Origin: Oculina patagonica
Lineage: Eukaryota
Direction of reading: 5' to 3'
Assembly: GCF_052425735.1 (NCBI RefSeq)
Contig: NC_135766.1
Location: 24,118,001 to 24,182,000, forward strand
Length of the DNA stretch: 64,000 nt
The translations under genes were made by a program, and so were the position numbers. This document shows, piece after piece, positions 1 through 11,581 of the stretch; position 1 is the first letter of the stretch, and each line of letters starts with the position of its first letter. The notes below the pieces were generated by a model, which saw only the letters and a list, made by a program, of their open reading frames with translations, was not told where the DNA came from and did not search any database.

Positions 1-69
1 GTTTCACAAATTATTCTTTTTAGCTCCAATTATGCCAAAAATTATGCTAGCACAATCTATAAAAGCCTA
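1..69. mobile_element. Right end of a hAT-like MITE (truncated by the window edge)
   Basis: Ends in AGCACAATCTATAAAAGCCTA, nearly the same terminus as the complete element at 5485-5993; the match to the right palindrome arm begins immediately after it. Confidence 0.6.
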
Positions 70-416
70 CTTGGAAACGCGCGTGGATGAAATCAAGTGT
101 ATTAAACTTTCGCGCGCGTAAAATAAGAAGACTTTTGGACATCCATGAAGCAACTGTGCTCAGCATATAATTGCGTCCAATAAAATTATCTAGAATCTTC
201 CACTATTCATCTCATTGCTCCTTCAGATGATATTCAACAAATATTCTTATCACCAAGCAAAACAATCTTGACGACAAATCGTTTTCTAAAAGCCTCAAAA
301 AGCGCAAAGTTATTTTAATCTTGCTATTTTCTCTTAGCGGTCAAAAAGAAAATTGCAGTTGTTTTACGCTTACTGAAAACCATTGCCATTGACTTCGTTC
401 TGTGTTGTGAACTCCC

Positions 417-1705
417 CCCGACGTTACTAATCGAACAGTTCGGTAATCGAACTTGATCGAACTGAATCGAACTTAATCGAACGATTCGGTTCGATTAGTT
501 CGATAATCGAACAGAATCGAACCCAAAACTTTGTGTGAGAGAGTTCGATTCCGTTCGATTTCCGAACTAATCGAACCAAATCGAACTTAATCGAACACAA
601 AAGACAAATCTTAAATTCACCCTCATACAACCAGATAATTGAACAGTCTGTCTAAGTAACAGTAATAAATGAATAAATTTTTTATTTATGGACTTTCGGC
701 AAAAAAACCCGAAACGCAAAGTTCAACAGACAATAGAAAATAAATCCTCCTTCACTCTAGTTCTATTTCATGTTATCAACCTATGGAGTCCCAAGTAGTC
801 TGCGTAGCTGGCGATTTCGTCGGAAAGCACGCGTGGGAGATTACTGCGAAGACTCGCCTTCTTTCACTTTGCCGATTGTTTCTAGCGACCTTGCCGCTCA
901 CTCGCTCCCCAACAAAACCGTCAGCTGCGCACACTATAACCCAAGCAAAATATTATAAACTGAAACAATGCTAAAAAACTGTTTTCAAGTTATTTGACAT
1001 AAGTTAACCTAACTGCAAAAAACCCGTCCTTGAAAGCGGAATTCGTTACTTAAGATTATGAGATCTAGATAACGTGCGATAAATGAAACCGCCATATTTG
1101 CAAGGAAAGCAATTAAAATTAGCAACAGAGTCGTTAACAGTATGGCAATCTCTAAAAAAAATTCAGCGATTTCAGCACATAAAAGGTCGCTCAACAGCTT
1201 AACACATGCAAAAAATCCTTCAATGAACTTAAACATGTTCACATCTACAGAGGTGGCTAGAAAAAACAATATAATGATCAATATCAATTCGGCCGAGAAA
1301 TAAAAATAAAGTGAAAGTTGCTGATTTTTGTTGTCCATCTTTTGTTTATTTGGTTGTACAAAATCGGGCTCCTGAAGACCACCTGCGTCAATTCAATTTA
1401 TTTCCTGTCGGCTCCGTCATTGCCAATATAATATCCAGATATATCTGTCACGTAGATATCCTCCGCTCGGCCTCGGTGCTAAAAACTGTTTGTGTTTAAG
1501 GCAAAATTTTCATCCATTTTCCATGATTTTCAAATCGAACCCAGTCGAACTTAATCGAGCCTAATCGAACTTAATCGAACGTTCGATTTAGTTCGATTAC
1601 TCAAAATTTTTTGTGAGAGTTCGATTCTGTTCGATTACCGAACTTAATAAATCGAGTAAGTTCGATTAATCGAACGTTCGATTTGGTTCGATTAGTAACG
1701 TCGGG
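417..1705. mobile_element. Non-autonomous TIR DNA transposon, 1289 bp, 6-bp TSD
   Basis: TIRs CCCGACGTTACTAATCGAAC / GTTCGATTAGTAACGTCGGG, subterminal ATCGAAC/GTTCGAT arrays, TSD ACTCCC (411-416, 1706-1711); empty site with a single copy in the right arm (16261-16266). Confidence 0.9.
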
Positions 1706-2294
1706 ACTCCCACGAATTATACTAAATTACCAGATCTTTACAAAGGTCGTACAAAAGGTCGTTTATTAATCTGAAATTTGATGAAGCATACGGTACTTGA
1801 CTATTCCTGATAAGCCAAAGGAAAGATTATCTCTTTATTTGTTTGCGCGAAAACGAAATTCGAAAATGATGATATGAAACGCACGCAAATTTAATAGTCA
1901 CATACATGTTCGATCTTGATTGCTATGTGAATATTCACACCTTGATAAGTACTTTGGGTTGTTAATTGCCCTGTATAAGCAAACACAAAAAGATCAACGG
2001 GATCAACGCCATGTTATTTTAATTAGCTGAGTCAATTCATCACTGAAAGTTAAAGTTTCTTTTGTGAGTTAGCACATGTGTTTATCAGCGCGCAAATGAA
2101 ATCAGTGGCCACTTCAACTAACAAATGATAAAAAGAAAAGATTTGAAATGGTACTCTCATTATGAAAATTATCTTAATGTATGGTCACGCTTATCAAACA
2201 GGCACTCCTAATTTTGTAAACTCGTACCCAAGCTATTCACATAATCATTCCTGAACACCTTTCTATTTTCTACTTCCAACCTGACTAAATTACG

Positions 2295-3701
2295 TTAAAC
2301 ATATGCAATCGTATCGCCATTTGTTTCTTGGTCAAGATTTAAAGTTATGTCAGCGGGTCTTTGTGTTGTAGTGTCTGAGTCGTCGTCGACATCTTCTTGC
2401 GTTTCAAGGCTCAGCAGAGAAGATTCAGAGTTCATTTTAAACATTTTCCCCTCGTAATAATCCTTAGCGGAAACCTGGGGGGTGGGAACTGGACGGGTGT
2501 CGTCGAAGACTGAAAAATCCACCCTGTACCTGCCCGACTTCCATCTACTCTCATCCGTAGTGCTTACAAACTCGTGACCCCAGAGGATTTCATCCGCAAT
2601 ATAAGACGTTTTGGCTTGAACAAGCATGCTAGTCGCTTCTACCGTTCCTTCAAGGACCACGACAATCTCGAAATCGCAGTTGAGAACATCTTTTGGGTGC
2701 ATTTCGAAGAGGGGGCTATTCTCGTCGATTACGTGAACTATTGTAAGCGGTAGAATCAGAAATAAAGTACTGTCTTCTAGCAAGTTTTCTTCGCAAGACC
2801 AGTCTATTCCGACGGGCAGTTTTTGTTGATAAAACGGAAGTTCGATCCCTTCTCGAGTTGTTCTTTTTCGAAAGAGGTGCACTCTAACGACAGCTTCTAA
2901 AATCTGACTCTTTCGGACGTCACCCACTCGAAACATGAGGCACATTTTGCCGTCACGCACTGCGACAACAGCGTTGCGAGAAAAAAGAATGGTTTCCGCG
3001 CGATTGCGCGGGCGAGAAAGCTTGGCGAAAATCAAACCCAGCATAAACGCGCCGATTATAAACCCAATAAGCGATTGTACATTGAGTAGAACGACGGCTT
3101 CGGGGCAGCTAGGGGTGATTTGTCGCCCACCGTAGCCAATAGTCGTTTGTGTCTCCAGAGAAAACAGGAACGCGCTTGTAAACGAGTCAACGTTATCGAC
3201 ACAGACATTATCGCCACGGAAGTATGTTATAAGCCACCAGAAAAATCCAAAGCCCAGCCAGCTGCCACAATACATAGTAATGTAGACAAAAGTAATCCAT
3301 CGCCATTTAGAGTCAATCATTGTCGTAAACAAATCGGAAATGTACATGCCATGTTTCTGCGGTACGTGTGACGCGACGACTTTCAACCCCCCATGTTTTC
3401 CTACGAGGCGGCGTTTCTTGACGTGTTTCGTCGACAGAACTCGCTTCATTCTGCTCTTTTTTCCCCTTGCCGCTCTTGTTTTGTTCTTTCGGGGATGACT
3501 GGTCCCATTTGGCTGTTGTATTTTCACTTCTTTTAGCTCGTACTTTTCGCCACCGCCTTCGCCGGAGTCGCCGTTCATGTTTGAGTAGTCGGACGATGAT
3601 GCCCCAGAGTCTGAATATTCGTCTTCGTCCCTCAGGCCCGCCTCTCGTCTTTGCCAGTGTCTTCTCACTTGGTTACTCGACCTGTCTGAGTAAGACGACA
3701 T
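2295..3701 (-). CDS. Inward-rectifier potassium channel (Kir/KCNJ family), copy A1, intronless CDS, 468 aa
   Basis: DLFTTMIDSKWRW slide helix, TM1, CVDNV..CP disulfide pair, ETQTTIGYGGR filter, RDGKMCLMFRVGD, EIVVVLEGTVEAT, SYIADEILWGHEF. First ATG at 3701 (the track starts at an upstream TTG). Confidence 0.95.
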   Translation of the reverse strand: MSSYSDRSSNQVRRHWQRREAGLRDEDEYSDSGASSSDYSNMNGDSGEGGGEKYELKEVKIQQPNGTSHPRKNKTRAARGKKSRMKRVLSTKHVKKRRLVGKHGGLKVVASHVPQKHGMYISDLFTTMIDSKWRWITFVYITMYCGSWLGFGFFWWLITYFRGDNVCVDNVDSFTSAFLFSLETQTTIGYGGRQITPSCPEAVVLLNVQSLIGFIIGAFMLGLIFAKLSRPRNRAETILFSRNAVVAVRDGKMCLMFRVGDVRKSQILEAVVRVHLFRKRTTREGIELPFYQQKLPVGIDWSCEENLLEDSTLFLILPLTIVHVIDENSPLFEMHPKDVLNCDFEIVVVLEGTVEATSMLVQAKTSYIADEILWGHEFVSTTDESRWKSGRYRVDFSVFDDTRPVPTPQVSAKDYYEGKMFKMNSESSLLSLETQEDVDDDSDTTTQRPADITLNLDQETNGDTIAYV

Positions 3702-5231
3702 CTTTAATAACTGACCGCTTGTTATGTACAAACTAAACGGTGAACGAAAGACGAATCAAATGAAACTCGAAAACTCCGCTTGAAAACACTTGTGACTTCC
3801 CGTCAGCTTGGCATAAACATGTGACATCGACAAAGGTCGACAAAACGAGACCTTCGCCTGCTGTGACGATATTTTGGTCAATATTTAAGCCAGTGTTAAA
3901 ATCCTATTTTTAACAGATAATTGTGAAAGTATGCAACTCGATCAAGACTAATATTTTATCAAATCTCTAGAGCAAGTGTGAAAAAAAGCTACCAAAAACC
4001 GCGACAAAAACGTGAAACATGGACCATTTTACAGCTATCATACCTGAAAAGTTTTGTTCTTCGTTGTCAGAAGTATACACAACGTTTAATTTTGTTTGTC
4101 AATATTCGCTGCAGTTCGTTCATCGCTATGCTCACTTGTTCATTGTGTTATTGTACTTAGGTTTGCCCGTGGGATTTTACTGAATACCGTGATTTATTTG
4201 CATTCTCTATAAATTTGTATACATTTGCATGTGGAGTGTTTTTTACCCCAACGTGACCTATTCACTTTCTGAGACAATGCGTTGTCACGTAGTCTCACCG
4301 TATATAAGACACAAGAGAAAAATAAACAGCACCACATAAAAGAACTGCTCGATAGCTCTTATTTTAAAAGTTATGTACTGGAACGTACTGACTCCAATTT
4401 TAACACTTTTGGAAGTAAGTGGGTGAGGAAATCGGTCTACACCGTACTTGTATCTGATAAAGTTTCGCCACCTTACAGACCGTAAAACAATTTCACTTTT
4501 TCACATGTTCACATTAGTATGAGAACGGACCAGAACGGAAAGTTTGTAATTAGATTTCTATTATTCATTTGCGCGGATAAAATTAGAAACGACGGGATTT
4601 TCAAAACTATGAAACTTTCAGATTTAGAAAAAGAAAATGAAGCGTCAGTTTTCCCGCCTTCTTGTAGAAAATAAAAAAGCCAAAAGAAGAGCAAGACGTT
4701 TACATGAAAATGTCAGGAAATAAATTGTATTGTTGTTCATATCGTAAGCAATCAGTAGAAGTGCCTAGTGATTGTACCGTCGATATAGTAAGCGGTTTTA
4801 TTTAGTAAAACTATTAATAACCACTAGTAATTCGTGAATTTGACAACCTCGTTTACAGGGCTTTTCCTTTGGTAATCTGGAACGCCCGTTCCAAATTACC
4901 AAGGAAAAAGCCCTGGGAACGAGGTTATTAGTACTTTTACTTAGCTTACAATATTTAACAGTACAATAACAATCATCAGTATTTTTACTGAAGCGCTTAG
5001 ATCATCAATCCAAAGAGCAAAAGGACGCAAATGTCATATGGCGAAAATGAAAAAATAATGACGGTAATTTTTTTTAAAGAACTTAACTTGATTTAAAAGA
5101 TTTTAAGTAGGCGCTACCCCATGCAGCAAACTAAGCAATGGCATCATTGCCATACAGTGTTGCAGTTTCCACGACTTATCAGTGTTGTTTTACAAAGCTA
5201 CACATCCCCGTTTTCGGCGTTACATAACAGT

Positions 5232-6435
5232 CATCCTCTTCCCCAGGGCCACGCGTAATTTTTTTAAATGACATGACGTAACGGTAAATAATATGATTTT
5301 TTTTGATTGGCTGATAAAAACTGCATGCGTAATTAGGTAAGAGAATTGAACCCCTTTATAATAAGTGATTCCACGACATAGCAGCTTCCATTTCGCGGGA
5401 GAAGATTGCCTGTTGCATCATCGTCCAAAAACCGCTGACTACATCGTGAATTGATCGCTTTGCAAGTTGTGAGAGCATCGCTACTAGGCATGAATAGATT
5501 GTGCTAGTAAATTCAGGAAAAGTTGCTTCACAATATACCTTAAAGTTGCTCTAAAGTTGCTCAAATATCAAAAAGTTGCCACCAAAATTTAGAAAAGTTG
5601 CTTGCTCTAGAGTCGTTTTGTTTTAGATAAATACTCAAAACGTGTTTGTTTGTTTGTTGCCATTTAAAAATTTTCATTAAATATTCTTACAATCATTAAA
5701 AGAGTCCAAAAAGCCATTGTTATATGAGAAATAGAAATACTTTGTTGTAATCAATATGCTCTTTAAACTCAACATAATTTCAATAATAGATAAAAAATAA
5801 AATAAAAAATAAAAAAAGATAAAAATCCCTCGAAATGAAACGACTTTTATGGTTTGGATCGGTTTTATATCAATTTGTTGCTCAAAAGTTGCCAAGGAAG
5901 GCAAAAGTTGCCCTAGGTTGCTGGTACTACAAAAAGTTGCTCAAGACGCTAAAAGTTGCTCAAACGTTGCTGAGCACAATCTATTTATGCCTAATCGCTA
6001 CTCGGTCCCAGACCTCGTTTCTTCCCCCCCCCCCTGGTGTAAGTTATCAACGACTTGAATTGCCAAAACCAGCGGGCAAAACACAAGGATAGTCGTTCTA
6101 CTCAACGACTACAGCAGGCAGGGCGGCTTCCTGTTCCATTTCTTGTTTCTTGATATCCTCCGACACTCCGACAGTTGTAGCAAGGATTGCTGTACAGCTC
6201 TTTCGAACGCCAAACTCAAATCTCGTATCTTCTTTCAAAATTCGCTTTCTTCTCGTCTCAGTGAGCCCCAGCCTTCCCCTTTCTTTTACTGAGCAGACAC
6301 AGACGAACATTTATGCAGTGGACATGCGCTACCGGATGTCGTGGATTTTACGACATCCGGTATTCAGTGTTACCAGAGCCCTCCGTTTCGCCGACCACGT
6401 GACCAAAAGAAACGGAGGCTCTGGAAACGAGAATG
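5232..6435. mobile_element. TIR element with 9-bp TSD (left-arm copy)
   Basis: Imperfect TIRs CATCCTCTTCCCCAGGGCC / GGCTCTGGAAACGAGAATG; flanks CATAACAGT (5223-5231) and CATGACAGT (6436-6444); mirror copy at 11582-12705. Confidence 0.65.
5485..5993. mobile_element. hAT-type MITE nested in the 9-bp-TSD element
   Basis: TIRs TAGGCATGAATAGATTGTGCT / AGCACAATCTATTTATGCCTA, perfect 8-bp TSD ATCGCTAC (5477-5484, 5994-6001), AAAGTTGC subterminal repeats. Confidence 0.9.
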
Positions 6436-6670
6436 CATGACAGTCGTCTCAGGTAATGTATACTGAACTTTGAGCAGCGTAGAGAGTTATTAGACAGACT
6501 TAAGTACTACTGAAATGAAGGCTGTACGCCACAGCACATATTCGTACACAAGCACATATGCTGTTGATCGTGCTTGTGCTTATGTTTCTGCTTATAGCCA
6601 GTGAAAACCAGCCTTAAAGTACTAAATCTAAAACGAGATCTAGAGTTATAAAAGTGAGTAGTTTTGTATT

Positions 6671-6914
6671 AGGGGTATCAAATGGTCTTTGCGAGCATTT
6701 GGGAGCATGCGAGCACAGCGTTTTTCTTTGCGAGCACGAGCATTGACAAAAATTAGCCTTGCGAGCAACGAGCACTTTTCAAAATCCTACCTCCACTAAA
6801 AACCGAGCATGCGAGCACTTGTAAAAATGTGCGAGCACGAGCAAACGAGCACCCACTAAAATTTTGCGAGCATTGCGAGCACTGCGACATTTTGAGGGAC
6901 CATTCTTGACTCCT
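6671..6914. mobile_element. MITE with GCGAGCA internal repeats, 6-bp TSD (mirror at ~11101-11345)
   Basis: Termini AGGGGTATCAAATGGTC / GACCATTCTTGACTCCT, TSD TGTATT (6665-6670, 6915-6920). Confidence 0.75.
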
Positions 6915-7153
6915 TGTATTTGGCGTGAATAAGCAAATTATTTTCTATTTTTCAATAGTTAGAGAAAAAGTAGCAGCATTCTGGCGTTTGCCGTTACTTG
7001 AACGTGGTGCTTTATCTCTCTATTGACACATGATCCTCACCGTGAGCGCACCAATTTAAGCAACTGGGGAAAAGAAGCCTGAAAAATTTCAAGGCTGCAA
7101 CGGGAAAACACTTGTTAGGGAATATTAAGCCATCTAACTCTTGTTAATTGATG

Positions 7154-7473
7154 CCCGGGGGGGGACTCCCATATTAAAGGGACGGGGATGCTCGTCGGAA
7201 ATTTTGAAAAGAACCCCTAAAAAGAGACCAATCTGTGCGTGGCTCAAGCTATTGTAGACCCCTAAAAGATACCAAAATTCTGAGAAAAAAACTTATATTG
7301 GTATATTTCTTCGTGTGTAACCCTAAACGAGACCCTGACGGCTAAAAATATTGTCATTTTCTTGCATTTTCCCCAGAACACCCTAAGCGAGACCCAAAGT
7401 CCGAAATTTATACCCCTAAGCGAGACGACGAGCATCCCCGTCACTCTCATATGGGAGTCCCCCCCCCCCCCGG
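7154..7473. mobile_element. MITE with poly-G/poly-C TIRs, 8-bp TSD
   Basis: TIRs CCCGGGGGGGGACTCCCATAT / ATATGGGAGTCCCCC..CCGG, TSD AATTGATG (7146-7153, 7474-7481). Confidence 0.9.
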
Positions 7474-8044
7474 AATTGATGTTTGTTAATTTTTTCATGG
7501 TTACGTGAAAAAGATAAGTCTGTACTGGAAGGATGGAGGATATTGCCTTGAAATAAATTTAGCATGGATTTGTGATTATGTTAGTATTCATAGAAGCGTT
7601 TGCTTTGTTCTGCGGAAAGCAAGATCGACTGAAAAAAAATTGAGGAAAGGAAATAAATGTAGCAAACACCGGATGTGTTAAGTTGGTAATGGAACCATGC
7701 CAAAATGAAAACAAAACATTCTTAAACAAAAAGTTCGATAAAACGGGAAAAGCACCTGCTAAATGAAGGAACAGGGCGGAAGTCACGAACGTTTCAAGAC
7801 TCGACTTTTTGCCTCTATGTTGTAACACTTTCGTTCGCAGCAGGAACAAATGTTTTCTTATTAACGTATCTTCCAAACGAAAAGATGCCATAGGAACAGC
7901 AGAGAGTTGTGAACAGGAAGGTATTGTAATTACGTACTCAATGCCAAATTCTCAGAACTTCCATTTAATACATTGAGTGTATGGAAATTAATAAAGAGAG
8001 GAACTGGCATTTTAACTTGTCGGAAGATGTTGCGTAGTCCTATA

Positions 8045-8912
8045 AAACCATCAATGGATCACTTAAATTAACAAACTATTTCATTAAACTCATCAAAACA
8101 AGTCTAAACATCAGTATTTCCCTAGCTATAACCTTTCAGAGCACGAGCTGTAAGGTTGCTGTGTTATTTACTTAAATATTTTCACCCTAAGGGACTTTCC
8201 TTTTAACTGTCGAAATAAATTAACCACCTGCAATATTTTCAGATGATATTGGTAATCGGCTTAGAGAGAACTAGGTGCTTTTGCGAAGTTTACAAAACTA
8301 TAAACATATTGGTATTAAAGTTTGTCAAAAAATTGTTACCTATTTTTTTTAAACTATCAATGGATCTCTTAACAAACTATTTCATCAAACCCAAACCCAA
8401 ACAAGTCTATATGTCAGTACTTCCTCTATAGCATTTCAGAGCGCGAGCTTTAAGGTTGCTGTGCTATTTACTTAAACATGTTCACCCTCAGGGGCTTTTC
8501 AGTATTCAACATTAGATTTGAAATTAATTAACAACATACAATGTTATCAGATGATATTGGTAATCGGCTTGGAGAGAAATAATGTAGGTGCTTTTGCTAA
8601 CTTTAAAGTTATATTGGTATTTAAAAATGTTGCCTTATTCTTTCAAACCATCAATAAATCTCTTAAATTAACAAACTGTTTCATCAAGCTTATCCAAACA
8701 AGTCGCAATATCAGTATTTCTTTAACCCTCAGAGCGTAAGCTTTAAGGTTGCTGTGTTATTTACTTAAAAGATTTCACCCTAAGGGGCTTTTATTCAACA
8801 ACAATTTTGAAATAAATTACTGAACCACATACAATATTTCCATGTGATATTGATAATAAGCTTGGGTAGAAATATTAAACGTAGGTGCTTTTGCGAACTT
8901 TACAAAACTATA
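8045..8912 (+). repeat. Three diverged tandem copies of a ~300-bp unit
   Basis: AAACCATCAATGGATC..TAAGGTTGCTGTG..GATATTGGTAATCGGCTT..TAGGTGCTTTTGC recurs at ~8045, ~8351 and ~8645; a single inverted copy lies at ~10015-10275. Confidence 0.8.
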
Positions 8913-9224
8913 TACAGAGTTGGGTAACAATAATTTAACTCGTATATATAAATAACTTTTATGACTCTATGTGACAATGTAGGAATTCAACTACTGACTT
9001 CGAAAAGCTCTTTCCAGAATAGACTTAATTTCAATACGTCATAATGTTGTCTATTATTATCATAATTGATCATGGGGTTCCATATTTGTTTTTACAGTGA
9101 AAGTTATTGAAGAATCACGAAATAAAACGTTATCTCAGTTTTTGTCTTTTAATAGTTTAAAAGAGAGGTTAGGGTAATTTGAATTTGTGTAAGCTTTGGG
9201 CCATCATTGATGACTAGCTGTCAC

Positions 9225-9420
9225 CCGTTACCTATCTTAGCTCTAACAGGATTTTTTCTAGAAAGCGCGCTAAGAACCACGCACGGGATCTGAACCCGTT
9301 TTGTCTTTGTTTTTCAACTGAAGACATTATTTTTTACTTCAAATAATCAAAACTACCCTCATGCCACACATTTAGCGCGCTTTCTAGAAAAAATCCTGTT
9401 AGAGCTAAGATAGGTAACGG
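9225..9420. repeat. Perfect 49-bp inverted repeat (foldback/MITE) in the palindrome spacer
   Basis: 9225-9273 is the exact reverse complement of 9372-9420. Confidence 0.9.
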
Positions 9421-9451
9421 TATCCTTTCTTTTCACTCAAATAGACCTCAG

Positions 9452-9720
9452 ACAATCTTTGACAAAAGTAGTTGACACATTAACTTCGCTCTGCGGTTTT
9501 TATGACAAATTTAACACTAGTTTTTAAATTTCATGACTGTCTGTTGTTTCTCCCCCCATCCAATGTTGTAAAATGGTAGCAAAGGACTTCTGGAAACAAA
9601 CTACAACATTGATTGGGGGGAAGGGGGTTGGAAAGGTGGGGCAAAAGGATGGAATTGGTCCATATAACAAAAAATAAGGGCGTAAATTAACAATGGGTCA
9701 ACACTTTTGTCAATGATTGT
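9452..9720. mobile_element. MITE in the palindrome spacer
   Basis: TIRs ACAATCTTTGACAAAAGTAGTTGAC / GTCAACACTTTTGTCAATGATTGT; internal CCCCCCATCCAATGTTGTA / TACAACATTGATTGGGGGG inverted pair; no clear TSD. Confidence 0.65.
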
Positions 9721-11581
9721 AGTCATCAATGATGGCCCAAAGCTTTATATATTACACTATGAAATTCAAATTACCCTAACCTCTCTTTTAAACTATTAAA
9801 TGACAAGAAACCGTGAGATAACGTTTTATTTCGTGATTCTTAGCTTTCTCTGGAAAAACAAATATGGAACTCCATTATCAATTATGATAATGATGGACAA
9901 CATTATCACGTATTGAAATAAACACTATATTCTGGAAAGACATTTTCGAAGTCAGTAGTTGAATTCCTACACTGTCGCATGGTAGCCTGTGTTGAGTCAT
10001 AAAAGATATTTATATAGTTTTGTAAAGTTCGCAAATTAAAGCACCTACAGTGTTTCTCTCCAAGCCGATTACATATACCAATATCATCTGAAAATATTGG
10101 AGGCGGTTAATTTAAGGCGAGAGTTGAATGAAAGCCCCTTAGGGTGAAAATGTTTTTAACACAGCAACCTTAAAAGCTTACGCACTGAAGGGTTGAAGAA
10201 ATACCGACATTTAGACTTGTTTCGATGAGTTTGATGAAGTGGTTTGTTAATTTAAGTGATCCATTGATGGTTTTAAAGGTCTACGCGACATCTTCCGACA
10301 AATTAAAATACCAGTTCGTCTTTTTATTTATTTCCATACACTCAATGTAATGGTGGTTCTGAGAATTTGGCACTGAATACGTAATTACAATATCTTCCTG
10401 TTTACAACTCTCTTCCGTTCTTATGACATCCTTTCGTTTGGAAGATACGTTAATGATAAAACATTTGCTCCTGCTGCGAATAAAAGTGTTACAACATAAA
10501 CGCAAAAACTAGTCGAGTCTTGAAGCGTTCGTGACTTTCGCCCTATTACGTGTTCCTTCATTTAGCAGGTGCTTTTCCCGTTTTATCGAACTTTTTGTTT
10601 AAGGTCGTTTTTGTTTTCATTTTGGCATGGTTCCATTACCAACTTAACACATCCGGTGTTTGCTACATTTATTTCCTTTCCTCAATTTTTTTTCAGTCGA
10701 TCTTGCTTTCCGCAGAACAAAGCAAACGCTTCTATGAATACTAACATAATCACAAATCCATGCTAAATTTATTTCAAGGCAATATCCTCCATCCTTCCAG
10801 TACAGACTTATCTTTTTCACGTAACCATGAAAAAATTAACAAACATCAATTCCGGGCCCGGGCATCAATTAACAAGAGTTAGATGGCTTAATATTCCCTA
10901 ACAAGTGTTTTCCCGTTGCAGCCTTGAAATTTTTCAGGCTTCTTTTCCCCAGTTGCTTAAATTGGTGCGCTCACGGTGAGGATCATGTGTCAATAGAGAG
11001 ATAAAGCACCACGTTCAAGTAACGGCAAACGCCAGAATGCTGCTACTTTTTCTCTTACTATTGAAAAATAGAAAATAATTTGCTTATTCACACCAAATAC
11101 AAGGAGTCAAGAATGGTCCCTCAAAATGTCGCAGTGCTCGCAATGCTCGCAAAATTTTAGTGGGTGCTCGTTTGCTCGTGCTCGCACATTTTTACAAGTG
11201 CTCGCATGCTCGGTTTTTAGTGGAGGTAGGATTTTGAAAAGTGCTCGTTGCTCGCAAGGCTAATTTTTGTCAATGCTCGTGCTCGCAAAGAAAAACGCTG
11301 TGCTCGCATGCTCCCAAATGCTCGCAAAGACCATTTGATACCCCTAATACAAAACTACTCACTTTTATAACTCTAGATCTCGTTTTAGATTTAGTACTTT
11401 TAAGGCTGGTTTTCACTGGCTATAAGCAGAAACATAAGCACAAGCACGATTAACAGCATATGTGCTTGTGTACGAATATGTGCTGTGGCGTACAGCCTTC
11501 ATTTCAGTAGTACTTAAGTTTGTCTAATAACTCTCTACGCTGCTCAAAGCTCAGTATACATTACCTGAGACGACTGTCATG

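Larger units (their letters stand above)
70..9216. repeat. Left arm of giant inverted repeat (palindrome)
   Basis: Reverse complement of 9720-16592. Anchors: CTTGGAAACGCGCGTGGA at 70 vs 16575-16592; AAGCTTTGGGCCATCATTGATGACTA ending 9216 vs 9720 onward. Mirror ORFs in the track (3978/13810, 4282/13485, 6098/11707). Confidence 0.97.

Noticed and set aside
427-600. CRISPR-like or iteron-like short repeats
   Set aside because: Subterminal motifs of a TIR element; no regular repeat-spacer structure, and eukaryotic context.
3702-3731. TTG-initiated N-terminal extensions in the ORF track (also 14238 and 25030)
   Set aside because: Eukaryotic genes, so the first ATG was used; the TTG at 14238 follows a likely 5' UTR splice acceptor.
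2935-3736. Antisense ORFs over the Kir genes, conserved in both arms
   Set aside because: Conservation is explained by the duplication; they are shadow frames of the real CDS.
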